Assembly: GCA_964016885.1 (NCBI GenBank)
Contig: OZ024743.1
Location: forward strand, 29,512,001 to 29,576,000
Direction of reading: 5' to 3'
Length of the DNA stretch: 64,000 nucleotides
DNA from: Eledone cirrhosa
Taxonomy: Eukaryota
Shown here piece by piece: positions 1 through 13,713 of the stretch. A program made the position numbers and the translations under genes. The notes below the pieces were generated by a model that had not been told where the DNA came from, did no database searches, and saw only the letters and a list, made by a program, of their open reading frames with translations. Every line of letters starts with the position of its first letter. Position 1 is the first letter of the stretch.

Positions 1-944
1 CATATACAATTCATTGCACTCAACATATAGGTTATACAGATCTCTTATGTTAATAAATTAATCTTATATATATTCAATGTTATCACTCCATACATACAAA
101 TACATATGCATAAATAATTCATTGTCGAATCTGATGATTAAAGCTTACATAGACTGTATTGTAGAATTATAATTGATACCCCATGAACACCCACCCCTAG
201 TACAACCATCCTCAGCTACTATATAATTATAAGCAGTTGAAAGTAATTACCCCAAAAGTAGGCGCTCATGGGGATATTTCTAGGGTATAAAGTTATAGAC
301 AGATGGAATGATTTGTGTTGAGATAGGGGGGATCAGAGAGTGTGGAGTTGTGGTGTGAGGTGTGCCCTTGAGATGTAATCCTATATATATATCCAATGTT
401 ATCATCCCATACATACAAATACATTTGCATAAATGATTCATTGTCGAATCTGGTATTTAAAGCTTACATAGACTGTATTGTATAATATCAAATATCCAAT
501 ACGGAATCATAGTTAATTATGTGATGGATGTATAAACTATATATTACATTTCCTGAATGTGAAAATGGTGGTGGATACGAAAACCATAACTCTCTTTTGC
601 TTGTCCTTTCTATTTCTATTTTTCTGCGCACCTACTTTTTTATCATATACAAAAAATACCTTACCACTGCAACCTCAATAATACTCTTACTTACCCACGT
701 AAAGTGCTTGTATTACATGTAACACCCTGCCACACGATAACCATATATAAATGAGACACACATAACTAACGCATACAATAACTACTACATCTGACTAACA
801 AACTATCCTCTTGCATTATCTATGTTAACTGCCGAATGTATTTTAATTTTGTTTTGTTTTAATTTTAATTTTGTTTTAATATTGATATTGATCTTGACTT
901 TGAATTTGAATTGCTATACGGAAGTAATATAATATAATATATGT

Positions 945-1220
945 CACTCCGCTGTACATCAATATATACATATGTATCTGTATGTCCCTTGCGTTGGAAA
1001 GGAGGTCAATCATGTGTACAAACATTGAAAAATGCCCCGAAGACATCAAGCCTAGGTTTGGATGAAACAATTGTAAGTTAATAAATGCTTTGAACATAGC
1101 TTTGATTCTTGTGAATTCTATATAACTGCTCTGTAGAACAACTGATGTTATTACATTGAGCTATTTATCTTACTGGTAATAAGGTAGTAATTAAATACTG
1201 ACCTTCACTGTTTAGGGTTG
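945..1220 (+). mobile_element. PLE terminal-repeat (pLTR) relic with variant hammerhead at ~1033-1079
   Basis: CCGAAGA (1037-1043), stem II, GAAA-CAATTG-TA. Homologous in reverse to 49090-49320 and directly to 50020-50160. Confidence 0.6.
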
Positions 1221-1275
1221 AAAATATATATAACTATAAAAAGCTTTAATATATACATAAACATAAATAGTATCC

Positions 1276-1340
<65 letters not shown>

Positions 1341-1501
1341 GATAACAAATTATCGTTATAGTTAATCCAGTTATAGGTTGTGTATAGTTATGTATTGTTG
1401 ATAGCTTTAGCATACGGCGTTGACTGAACAAGAGGCTTCTTTAGGTAGCGAGTATATGAGTTCTCAGGAGTTCCTATGTAAGTTAATATTGGAGTAATAA
1501 G

Positions 1502-2112
1502 AGTGAAAGAGTGAAGAATAACATGGTCAACAGTACAAAAAGAGTTTATTAACAAGTGTTTAATTGGTTAAGTTGTCTTAAAATTGCTAATCATTTGAAG
1601 TTGTGTCACTCAATTTTAAATACGATGTATGCTTAAACAAATCATAAAAAAACTGTTTAAAATTATACACACCGCTTGCAAATTCAAATTGCGACATCAT
1701 TAGTAAAGAAAGAAAATGAAAAAGAAAAAAGAAAAAGATAGAGAGAAAAAAGAGAAAGAAAGAAAGAAAGAATAATAATAAATAAGTTATCATTTAGTTA
1801 TTATTATTCATTTTTTCTTTATTCTTCTTTTTTCTTCTTTCTTTCTTTCTCATTCTTTTTTTCTCTCTATCTTTTTTCTTCTTTTTCTTTTTCTTTCTTT
1901 ATTAATGATGTAATTTGAATTTCCAAACGCTGTGTATAATTTTAAACAGTTTTTTCTGATGTTTTGGTTAAGCATACATCGTATTTACAATTGAGTGACA
2001 CAACTTCAAGTGATTAGCAATGTTAAGACAACTTAAGCAATGAAACAATTATTAATACTGTAAATAAAACCCTTTTTGTACTGTTGACCATGTTATTCTC
2101 CACTCTTTCACT
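1502..2112. repeat. Long imperfect fold-back inverted repeat (~290-bp arms), probable PLE relic
   Basis: agtgaaagagtg...atggtcaacagtacaaaaag at the left end is the reverse complement of ctttttgtactgttgaccatg...ctctttcact at the right end. Degenerate HHR-like ctgatg...gaaac at 1956-2046. Confidence 0.8.
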
Positions 2113-2129
2113 ATATGTATATATATGTA

Positions 2130-2495
2130 TATTGTTATACTTGGGGAGAGTCATATTGTTGTAATAATATTGCTAGAAATAATAACAGATAAAATAAAAA
2201 TGGCGTAGACGCACAATACAACAGGAGGAAACATGATAGTACCATTGATTATGTTGCAGATGTGCAACGAAAGAACTTTGTTAGACTATATATGTATGTA
2301 TTTATATCTGTATTTTTGACCAGTCAATGATAAACATTGAGGACCAAATGAATTAACTATGGAGGTATAAACGATACAGAAGCGAAAACCAACTAAACAG
2401 TGAGTGGCAATATTATTACAACAATATGAGCCTCCCCAAGTATAACAATATTTCTTTCGACACAAGGTTTCATATCAAAAATCTCGCAAAAGAAA
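2130..2495 (+). mobile_element. Short non-autonomous Naiad/PLE-derived element with inverted termini and degenerate hammerhead
   Basis: ttgttatacttgggga... at the left end is inverted at ~2407-2450. Internal gttgca-gatg-tgcaac-GAAA. Same family as 6701-7108 and 18780-18960, and termini match the Naiad end at 28489. Confidence 0.7.
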
Positions 2496-2507
2496 TTCAT
2501 CGCCATC

Positions 2508-2562
<55 letters not shown>

Positions 2563-2563
<1 letters not shown>

Positions 2564-3030
2564 GAATTAGTATATCTACCAACATATGTATACAGATGTA
2601 TACCCATGCTAGAAAATATATATGTTATGTCTTAGTACCTTTGTGGTTCTATGCAGGGGGATGCAGAACAATTATATGAAATACGTAAAATAAGAACATT
2701 TTAAAAATTAAAAATTAACTTACTTACTAAAATTTTCACTCCAACTAATTAGTTTCTGTAAGAAAGTTGGAGTGAAAATTTTAGTAAGTAAGTTAATTTT
2801 TAATTTTTAAAATTTTCTTATTTTACGTATTTCATATAATTGTTCTGCATCCCCTGCATAGAACCACAAAGGTACTAAGACATAACATATATATTTGCTA
2901 GCATGGGTATACATCTGTGTACATATGTTGGTAGATATACTAATTCTCTATATTTATCTCCAAATTATTTGTTGAAGCAAAACTTGCCAAAATTTACTGC
3001 TATGGTTCATGGTAGTAGTTAGGCTCTTGT
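2563..3030. repeat. Fold-back inverted repeat (arms ~2563-2746 / 2765-2948) of the 523-bp HHR-repeat family
   Basis: Arms are near-identical reverse complements. Sequence aligns by eye to the tandem unit at 53867-54120 (cagaaactaattagttgg...ttttagtaagtaagttaattt...ctccaaattattt). Confidence 0.85.
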
Positions 3031-3046
3031 ATATATATATATATAT

Positions 3047-3530
3047 TAGACAGTAAGTTTTTTTTTAAGAAAATGAAAAATAACCGAGGTGTCCTACACG
3101 AGTGAAAGTATAAGGAAAAAAGATGAAACCGAGAATGCAACTGGAGTCTTTTAAAAAAAAAAATATATATTTAATTGGTTCCTTTACCGGTTTCGCAGTG
3201 CTTCTGCTTTTCAAAAGTAGAGTTGAGATGGAGGGTCTGCTGTGGTTTTTCTCACATCTGGGTCTTTGAATGTTACTTGTTTTATATGGAAAAAAGTGGC
3301 TCTAAATGCCAGGTTTTTAGAGAAGTAATTTGATTGGTTGGTGAATAAGTATAATCAATTTCGCGCTAGTTCGCATTACAAAGTTCTTCAAACAAAGGTG
3401 GGGGGTGGTGGTGCTTCAGGTTGTTTTTTCATATATGAGTGAAGTTTGGTTGATTGATGCAGTCACGTGAATAAGCACATCAGCTTTCGCGCCAGTTCGT
3501 GTTTGAATTTCTTTTTACTTAAAAATATAT
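3047..3530 (-). mobile_element. Neptune-like PLE 3' terminal region with UUGAAAA-core hammerhead (3181-3218)
   Basis: Minus strand reads ctt-TTGAAAA-gcag aagca ctgc-GAAA-ccgg-TA-aag. Homologous to 45850-46010 and 6024-6230. Confidence 0.65.
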
Positions 3531-3541
3531 ATATATTTGTC

Positions 3542-3597
<56 letters not shown>

Positions 3598-3870
3598 TAT
3601 GAACATATATTCACATATTTGCAAACGTACATATAACAATAAGGTAGACTACAGTAGGTTAGATACACTATTTTGGCGGATGCATGAGAGGTGAATATAG
3701 GAATGATAAATGTTTAAATAATAAGATTTATAAATAATCATGAATAAATGAATTCATTCATAACTACGACGATGGTAAATGAAAGATGAATATACAGGAA
3801 ATAATTGAATTATTGAAAATATGAATACTTTAAATATTCCTATATTCAAATGCGTATATAGATGTATATA

Positions 3871-4130
3871 TATTGTTATACATTAGTAGGGTCATGCTGC
3901 CAATAAAAGAACATATGCACTTGTGTTTCACTACAGTGTATTATAATTTCTCAGTCAGTGGTTTAGATGTTCATTGTCAATATTCTTTCGTCACACACTC
4001 TGTGACCTCATCTGTGGCTACTTTGTGTCTCCTCTTTGTTTTGTTTTACATCATCTCGTTTTTGTGAGTTCAGTTGTTTGTTGGCCCCTCTTAAAAGAGC
4101 GAAGATTTCTGTATGTGGTATTGTTTGCTG
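3871..4130 (-). mobile_element. Naiad PLE 3' terminal fragment with mutated hammerhead (~3975-4020)
   Basis: Matches 28489-28720 (ttgttatac...gggtcatg.tgccaata; tctttcgtcacacactctgtgacctc). Core is CAGATGA here versus CTGAAGA in the Naiad copy. Confidence 0.75.
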
Positions 4131-4227
4131 TGGTTGTGCATGCTTTCGTTTTTTATTGTTCTGCTGATGATAGCGGTGGTAGTGTTGGTGGAATTTACGT
4201 TGTTGTGAATATATTCTTTTGTAATAA

Positions 4228-4340
4228 TAATAATTGTTTCTACTATTTGGCACAAGGCCATGCAATACCCAGTGCATTGCTGGTACTTTATTTTATCGAC
4301 CCTGTAAGGATGAAAGGCAAGTTAACCTCGGCGGGATTTG
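4228..4340 (-). mobile_element. tRNA-derived SINE, 5'-truncated
   Basis: Reverse complement of the SINE core ctttgcctttcatccttac.gggtcgataaaataaagtaccag...gccttgtgccaaa.tagaaacaatta. Confidence 0.85.
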
Positions 4341-5618
4341 TACTGAAGCTCAATTGGTAGATTCACTTGACATGTTTCGTATTTCACAATCATTTTACGT
4401 AGTTTTTATTTCCATCAATATAACATTTAATAGAAAGTACATGCACTATATTCAAAAACTTCTTATCTAACACATCAACGATGGAAAATGTTGTTTGCAA
4501 ATTTCACCATAAACATAAAAGCAATTTACTTAAGTATACAACGACTTTCAGTCATTGATCGTTTGTATATGTTTTCACAATCAATTTCTGTATTACTGTA
4601 TTTGTTTCTGGTATTGTTTTTCTAACTCGTCTTTGTTATAGTCTAATTTCCCCTTAAATTTCAAGCACACTACACCTTATTTATAGACGCTACTCAAACT
4701 TGTTAACTTACTGAAGTGATGCTATTTTCTGGATAAACAGTGTCTGTGTTCTTGAATATTCCAACGAGAAGTTGGAAGTGACAGCAATGTTGGCTTTTCA
4801 TAGGAACTTCAATTTTCTTTTGTATGAGGCCAACAGTGTAAAGCTGCTGTGCCTCTCTGATGTGAGTTGTGAATCGCTGTACATTAACAAATAGTAAAAC
4901 TGCTCTTAGGCATTTGTTAGATCGTTTTCATATTATGCCAGAAGAATTCTTGTAAATAATTAAAAGTCCGCTCTGACTGCTACTTTATGGAACTTTGGAA
5001 GATGGCGCCTAATGCAAAAGCACAGTTAATGGTTTCAAAAGAATTGCTGATAGAAAGTAAACAGTTGGACATCATGTTTAATACAGGGTTTGCAAGTTAT
5101 ACAGTGTGGTGATATGAACGAAGAGAAAAGTAGTGTAAAGGAGAAAGCGGTGTGGTACGATTTGCAAGTTAGAAGAACAGGAGGCGCTTTACTAAGAAGT
5201 AGAAGAGAAATAGAGATGAAATAAATTGCCTGCGAGACAGTTGTAGCACTTTAGTGTGTGAATAATTGCTACGTATATTGTTAGCCTCATTAAAGGTGTC
5301 TTTAAATTATTTATTGGATTGGAGGAAAGTGTTATCCAGCCCATTCGAGAACAGGGGAATTAACAAAGTTAAATTTACACCTGATCTGTGGCAGGAAAAA
5401 CATGTGCATGGAATAAATTCCAGGCTCTAGATGTGTTGGAAATTCCTGAGTAGGAGTCACACACACAGACACAGACACACACAGACACACATACACAAAT
5501 GCACGCACACACGCACACACATACGTATAAAGAAACTGTTCAAGTGCAGAAATGGTATAAAGATGCCTTATAAAATGGTGAAGACTTGAAAGACGCCACA
5601 GAACCTTGACATTGGCCG

Positions 5619-5675
<57 letters not shown>

Positions 5676-5699
5676 TTTTGAGTATATGTTGGTTGTATT

Positions 5700-5905
5700 T
5701 ACAAATTAGCTTCGTTTATTACTGCTATATATATACACCTCAGTATGCAGGAACTGGGCATATCAGAGTATTGACAAGGTTATACACCTCAACAACATAT
5801 GTACCTGTCTATACCACACTAATTCGGACTGCCTGAAGAGGTCAGAGCCAAAGATGGCTGTCACCGAAATATATATAGCAGTAATAAACGAAGCTAAATT
5901 TTAAA
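5700..5905 (+). mobile_element. Short PLE-like module with ~30-bp inverted ends containing a hammerhead
   Basis: ttagcttcgtttattactgctatatatat (~5707-5735) is inverted at ~5869-5897. Confidence 0.65.
5828..5882 (+). ncRNA. Type I hammerhead ribozyme (minimal, TA-repeat stem III)
   Basis: ACTGC-CTGAAGA-[ggtcagagcca aaga tggctgtcacc]-GAAA-tatata-TA-GCAGT, with stem I ACTGC/GCAGT fully paired. Confidence 0.75.
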
Positions 5906-5934
5906 TATTTGACTTATTTATTTTATTTTATTTT

Positions 5935-5971
<37 letters not shown>

Positions 5972-6023
5972 CTGCGTCTATGTTTTCGTTCCCGTCCAAT
6001 TTTGCACTATATATATATATATT

Positions 6024-6221
6024 TATTAGAAAGTGAGGTTATTTTACAAAATGGAAAAAAAAGAACGAGGTGTCCTACACGAGTGAAAGTATAAGGAAAA
6101 TAAGATAAAATCGAAAATGCAACTGGAGTCTTTTTTTAAAAAGATATATTTATTTGGTTCCTTTACCGGTTTAGCAGTTCTTGTGCTTTTCAAAAGTAGA
6201 ACTGAGATGCAGGGTTTGTGG

Positions 6222-6230
<9 letters not shown>
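6024..6230 (-). mobile_element. Second copy of the PLE terminal region seen at 3047-3250
   Basis: Shares cgaggtgtcctacacgagtgaaagtataagg...cctttaccggttt...cttttcaaaagtag. Interrupted by (CT)n. Confidence 0.75.
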
Positions 6231-6304
<74 letters not shown>

Positions 6305-6324
6305 CTCTCTCACTCACTCACTCA

Positions 6325-6361
<37 letters not shown>

Positions 6362-6363
<2 letters not shown>

Positions 6364-6494
6364 CTTCTGAAGATCCCGTTAACGGTGAAAGCAGCGATTC
6401 TTTGCTTAAACTTTAATCTGTTATATATATTTGATATATATTTATACTTATCGACTCCTCTTTGGATTTTAGTCTTCAAATTTATTATTATTAC

Positions 6495-6495
<1 letters not shown>
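6362..6495 (+). mobile_element. PLE terminal module with hammerhead (6367-6412)
   Basis: CTGAAGA-tcccgttaacggt-GAAA-gca..tgc-TT-aaact. Siblings at 9560-9730, 10125-10220 and 59735-59928. Confidence 0.65.
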
Positions 6496-6533
<38 letters not shown>

Positions 6534-6700
6534 GTATTATATATATATATATGCACACAGACAGGCACACACACATATATATATACACACACACACAAAC
6601 ACGCACACACACACACACATAACCCCCCCCACACACACACATATATATATATATATATACACATACATTTATATATTACTATATATATATATATATATAT

Positions 6701-7521
<821 letters not shown>

Positions 7522-7612
7522 ACATATGTATATATATATATATATATGTATATTTTAATATATATATATATAAAGATACATATATACATATATATATATA
7601 TATGTATGTATC

Positions 7613-7688
<76 letters not shown>

Positions 7689-7754
7689 TATACATATATA
7701 TATATGTATATATATATATGTACATATATATGCGTATGTGTGTGTGTGTGTGTA

Positions 7755-8099
7755 AAAGGTAAAAGGAAATAACAACACAATCGGTACAGTATATATTAGG
7801 TTAACGCGTTGATATCGCAGGAAGAGGGTCTTAACGTTTCGGGCGCTAGTCCTTCATCAGGAGAATGAATGAGAAATAAAATAGATTGAGGGGTCGGGCG
7901 GGATGGAATTGGAAAAAAATTCTTTAGATAAAAATAACAGGTCCAATCATGTTGACAAAACTGTTAATGCTGGCGTTTTGTGTATGATTTGTTTGTTTAG
8001 AAAAGTGGATGATGGCGCGCGTCTACCTGAAATAAAAAAACAAAACGTTTTTCTAAAAAGAGCTATACTTGAGCAAGTGCGTTAGCATGAGTTCGTGTG

Positions 8100-8147
<48 letters not shown>

Positions 8148-8159
8148 TGTGTGTGTTTG

Positions 8160-8190
<31 letters not shown>

Positions 8191-8680
8191 CTGTTATTAT
8201 AGGTCCGTACGAAGCTAAGAAGAAATGTGTGTGTGTGTGTGAGTAAAAGTGTGTGTGTGCATGTAAGTACGAAGCTATGAACAAAAGTATGTTAATATAA
8301 GGGTGTGAATCGGCATGTATTAGTAGTAAGAGTAGCTGCTAATGATCAAGAGAAAGCGATAGGAATCTAGGGGTGTGATAATGGACGGGGTATTAGAGAA
8401 ATTGGGGAGGTGAGTTGAGTCCAAAAGGGGAATAGGACCCAAGACGGTGAATCACACTTTGTTCAGTCCTGATGCGCGAGGCCTGTGATCCATGACACCC
8501 AGGACTGAAACATGTAGGGAAGAATGACCAGGAGAACAGAAATGACTGGCGATATATAAAGACCCGCAAAGGGAACACCGGAGGGCATAGACGTGGGTGG
8601 ATTTGCAGGTGAAGAATGGCGGATTGGAAAGACCCGTAAGGCCTGGAAGAGTGATGAGGTTGGAAATAAATGGACAACAT
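7755..8680 (-). mobile_element. Penelope-like element 3' fragment: GIY-YIG C-terminus, 3' UTR and hammerhead (~7822-7865)
   Basis: ORF end RIRTEQSVIHRLGSYSPFGLN fits the PLE GIY-YIG C-terminal motif (R..E...I..L....P.GLN). Downstream minus strand reads CTGATGA-agg actagcg ccc-GAAA-cg-TTA. Confidence 0.7.
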
Positions 8681-9559
8681 ATATATTTTAAAATAACAAA
8701 TTAAAGTTTAAGCAAAGTCCCGGATAGGGGGGAGTAAACCCGATGCCTACAATTACAGTTAGTACTAGCTACAGGGTTGCACGTGTTCCTACGGCTAGGT
8801 AATTTAGCTAAATTTGAAACTGTGATGTTATGTGCAAGGTTACGAGTCGTAGAGTAAGACATTTTAATAGTATTTCTATTAAACATGTTACTATATTTAT
8901 ATGCTGGGGGAAATGCTTCATAATAAGGGAGAGAAAGATCTTAGCTATTGCTTCGCCCACCTCCATATTATACGGTGGGTTATACCATATAATGCGATGG
9001 TTGTATTTTTCCTTGGTCTATTCTCGTACTCTGAATAAGCTACCTTATCGACAAATCCAGTCTGTGCAACAGCTTCATTGTAATATGTGAAATGGTCGTT
9101 GTAGATAGACGGGAAAGCCTCAAAGAAACGTTTCTTACCAGGTTCTTAGTTATGCTGGCAGGATGGTTAGAATGCTTAGTTATGTAATTAAGCGTGTCAT
9201 TCGGCATTCTATACGGGTAGTGCAAGCCATTCGACAAATTCTAGCTAAGGTTGGCTCGTATAACGGAAATAAAAGACCGTGTGACCACTGGGCCACTGAG
9301 GCTCTGGAAATACACTACGCCAAACACCACATCTTAAACAAAACATCTGAGGCAATTTCGGCTTGTAAACATAAATTGCAAACAAATTTACTGTATTAAA
9401 GCCCCACATTATACCCTAACGGATAGTACGAACTATACGCGGATATTTTACGTCTTCATGTGGGAACGTTTCCACGAACCAAAGTATCGTCTTCCTGTCT
9501 TCCTTCGGTTGCAACGATTTTTGAAATATTTACTTCTGCGTTCACAAATTGACTTTTTT

Positions 9560-9730
9560 AGTTTCAGAAGATCCTGTTAAGGGTGAAAGCAGCGATTCTT
9601 TGCTTAAACTTTAATCTGTTATTTTAATAAATATTTGCTCTACGGTTCTTATATATCTGATATATATTCATCCTTCTCGAGCCCTCTTTGGATTTTAGTC
9701 TTCAAATTTATTATTATTATTATTACTATT
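9560..9730 (+). mobile_element. PLE terminal module, hammerhead with mutated core
   Basis: AGTTT-CAGAAGA-tcctgttaagggt-GAAA-gca..tgc-TT-AAACT, homologous to 6362-6495. Confidence 0.65.
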
Positions 9731-10092
9731 AGGGCGTTGGATTGGCAGTATCAGTAGAGGGTCGGACGCCATGAGTTCAAATCCCGCCGAGGTTGACTTT
9801 GCCTTTCATCCTTACGGGGTTGATAAAATTAATTACCAGTAATACACTGGGATAATTGCTGGCCTTGTGCCAAGAGTAGAAACAATTATTATAATGTTAT
9901 TATTGTGAATTGGCAGTATTGGTAGAAGGTTGGACGCCATGCTTTCTAGCATAGTTACGTCCCTTTACGGTCTGAGTTCAAATCCCGTCGAGGTTAACTT
10001 TGCCTTTTATCCTTACGGGGTCGATAAAATAAAGTACCAGTAATGTACTGGTGAATTGCTGGCCTTGTGCCTAAAGTAGAAACAATTATTAT

Positions 10093-10131
<39 letters not shown>

Positions 10132-10505
10132 TTTTTTCTGCGGTTCTTATATATTTGATATATATTTATCCTTATCGAGCCCTGTTTGGATTTTAGTCTT
10201 CAAATTTATTATTATTATTACCGAGGTTGACTTTGCCTTTCATCATTACGGGGTCAATAAAATAAAGTACCAGTAATGCACTGGTTAATTGCTGGCCTTG
10301 TGCCTAAAGTAGAAACAATTATTATATATAGAGAGAGAGAGTCGGACAGCATGGTTTGAAGCATAGAGTTACGTCCTTTTATGATCTGAGTTCAAATCCC
10401 GCCGATGTTAACTTTGCCTTTCATCCTTACGGGGTCGATAAAATAAAGTACCAGTAATTCACTGGATAATTGCTGGCCTTGTGCCAAAAGTGGAAACAAT
10501 TATTA
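9731..10505 (+). mobile_element. Cluster of four tRNA-derived SINE copies (octopus-type, Meta/MESC-like core)
   Basis: A-box-like tggcagtat.ggtag, B-box gagttcaaatcc, core gcctttcatccttacggggtcgataaaataaagtaccag and (TTA)n tails, repeated four times. Confidence 0.9.
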
Positions 10506-11894
10506 TATATATATATATATATAAATACCTCAAGGCTGATTGGAAAGACTGGATCACATACCCAGCTAGCAGTTAGTAAAGAAGTATTTATAAACACAGA
10601 TAAAAAATCATAACAGATGTGTTTAGAATTTTATGTTTCTCAATAAGGAAGCTCTGTAGACATTATCTAGAGCCATAATAATTAAATGAAAAAATATATA
10701 TGTATATATATAGAGAGAGAGAGAGAGAAAGAGCCATATATCGTATAAGAACCACAGTATAATGTATATATATCAAAGACATTCTCTAGAATAAAATGTA
10801 CACAACATTTATCGTACGTATTGTTCAGTTATCTTTAGTATCATGTCCGTAGCAAATGGAGTTAGACCTAGACATAAATACTATCATATATATTTGGTTC
10901 TGGTACCCCTTGAAATATAGATGGAGATGGAACCTCTATCTTATAATCGGTAAATATGTCCAGCCTGAAATTGTATACTATGTTGTTTCTTAAGGAACAA
11001 GAATAAATAAAAGCTCTGTCTGTATTAGTTGTAACATTTGTAAGATGATGAGTACTGAAACTGTAAAGTGAAAGAATAAACGAATGTAAGTTCTCACGTT
11101 TAATTTTGCCTCAGTTGACGTTGTCTTGCAGCACTTTATCAATGAAGGTAAAGCAGTCACATATTTTAATCGATACAGTCGACTTTATCTTCTATTACAA
11201 TTCTGCGGCCTCATGCTATCTTTAAAAATCATAAACAGCAAGTATTTCGTTTGCCTATATACATAAATATACATATGTGTTCGTGTGTGCGTATATAACA
11301 TAATAGTTTCCTCTTAAGAGTTACTCAGTATAAAGTCAAAGATGGCTCTCAAAACATGAAAGGCAGCGTATGTAGTTACTATATTTTATGGAGCAGACTA
11401 CTTTATGATGTACATCAGAAAATATTTACAAAGCGAATTTCGAGACATACGTCTGCAATAAAAATAATTATTTTATGTAAGTAGGATTAAAATATTTCTT
11501 TATTTTACACACAGCAAACAGATATGTTCATGTATTATGTCTTTCTTGGCTTACGTTTGGTGTGTTCATCCCGGTGTTAGTTATATTTTTAACTATCACA
11601 GAATAGCAGAAACTTCGGTATCTTAAATTCGTTTCGGATTTTGAGTTTTAAAACCGGATAGGATGTACTGAGAAAGAACCGCAATATTAGTATACTGATA
11701 ATGTACGTCTAATATAAAATTGAAAATTATTAAAAAAGAATAATTCCCGCCCATAAATAAAAGAAGTGTAGTTATGTAGTTCATAGAGGGAAATATATAT
11801 ATATATTGGACTACACACACACATATACTTATATAAGCAAGGGGTTCAGGTAAAAGTAACTTACGGCACCGTTTTGATGAAGCCGCGTGCACCT

Positions 11895-12120
11895 GTGGTG
11901 TTGAACATTCGATCATAATGTAGTAGGTTCGATTCCTGGACCAGACTGTGTGCTGTTGCTTCAGTATCCTTAGCTGAAAATGAGTTCCGGCAATAGCAGG
12001 GAGAGTTTAACCCTGCAATGGACTAGATTACTCTCCAAGGGTTAGCTTTGTACTCTCAGTCGCTTAACTTGAAGGAAAGCCGGTTGAACACCGGCCTAAT
12101 GAAATCCCGGACTTGAGAGA
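11895..12120 (+). mobile_element. Degenerate tRNA-derived SINE of a second family (V-SINE-like core)
   Basis: B-box ggttcgattcc followed by aaccctgcaatggactag, which resembles the V-domain core. Confidence 0.5.
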
Positions 12121-12739
12121 AACTGTTGACTTTTAGGAGAGTTTTGCATGAATTATATGCATGTAGTTGAATGAGGCATGGTTAATATGTTAAGTGGGAT
12201 AATTCCAATCAATCACCAGATTTTATCTTTTCAGTAGTTTGAAGACGAACATTCTTTTAGGCGTTTTAAAACCTAGCAAACGCAAGTAAAGGAGATAAAT
12301 CTTATAATTTCCGTTGATCCCATCTTTACAAATTATTTTCGGACAATACTCGACGATATTCATTTCGCAGCCGTTCAGAGGCGAGGCGTGTGGTACAGGG
12401 TGTTTACACAGTTCTGACGGCAGCTATTATTTTATTGTTAAAGTATAATTTCAGGACGATGAATGTATATGTAACGAAAAGCTAGAATAAGAAAAGTCGT
12501 TAGCCGAGATAATATTTAATCAATTGAAATAATAAGAGCGGTGAATTAAAAACTCATTAGCATTAATGGAAATTACGTACGTTAATGCTTGAAAAAATAG
12601 CCAATATTTCCAAGAGTTGCTAAGTGAACATGGCTTATTACACACATGCTGCCACAAAGAAGAACAATAGCATACTATAACACATATATCCACGCAATAC
12701 AACGCATTACTTACACTCATGAAAAGGTAATGGATTGTC

Positions 12740-12890
12740 AGCATCGGGAGAGCATCGGACAGGCTTTGCGGCATATAGTTAAGTCCCTTTATATTCTGAT
12801 TTGAAATCCCAAGTACCAGTAACGCACTGGGGTCGAATTAATCGACTTTTCTCCCAACCCAAAATATTGGACTAAATCAGAAACCATTAA
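12740..12890 (+). mobile_element. Degenerate SINE with internal deletion
   Basis: tcggac.ggctttgcggcat...ttgaaatccc aagtaccagtaacgcactggggtcga. Confidence 0.6.
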
Positions 12891-12927
12891 TTACACTGAT
12901 TTCACACACACACACACTATCTCCCTA

Positions 12928-13010
<83 letters not shown>

Positions 13011-13349
13011 CTAGTTACTTGAATGTAATTTTAAAGGAAGGATACCTAGAGTTGTAGATTAAAGGCTAAATTATATATGTTGTTACATATTATTTGTTGG
13101 TCATTCCAAAACAAGTAGCGTCATAGTTTTAGTTGTCATAGTTTCCTACTTTCCAATATTAGATATTGTATATAGGCTTTGTTATCAGTATTATTTAGTT
13201 TTGAATAGATTAGTAATTATTGCATTTATTCAAGAGTGAAGATTAGTAATGAATGTTTGCACATACAATTTATGATGATGATGAATACGTACCTTTGTAA
13301 ACAATGATTATAAAATTGCTAGCTTCTTTAATAAACAACTAATGTCATA

Positions 13350-13535
13350 TAATTGTTTCTACTTTTGGCACAAGGCCAGCAAATTACCCAGTGCATTACT
13401 GGTACTTTATTTTATCGACCCCGTAAGGATGAAAGGCAAAGTAAACCTCGGCGAGATTTGAACTCAGACCATAGAGGGACGTAACTATGCTGGAAAGCAT
13501 GGCGCCCGACTCTCTACCGATACTGCCAATCCACC
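13350..13535 (-). mobile_element. tRNA-derived SINE, full length
   Basis: Reverse complement of the complete SINE consensus from ggattggcagtatcggtagag to gtagaaacaatta. Confidence 0.9.
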
Positions 13536-13579
13536 ATATAATGATAGATAATATGTATACATATGTGTGTGTGTGTGGC

Positions 13580-13657
<78 letters not shown>

Positions 13658-13664
13658 GTATATA

Positions 13665-13697
<33 letters not shown>

Positions 13698-13713
13698 ATA
13701 TATATATATATAT

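Noticed and set aside
4730-5110. Very old RTE 3' remnant (LLYGTLEDG-like)
   Set aside because: Too degenerate to call without an alignment.
9731-10505. tRNA genes or a CRISPR-like repeat-spacer array
   Set aside because: The A/B boxes belong to SINE heads without a cloverleaf, the repeats are long SINE bodies, the context is eukaryotic and there are no cas genes.
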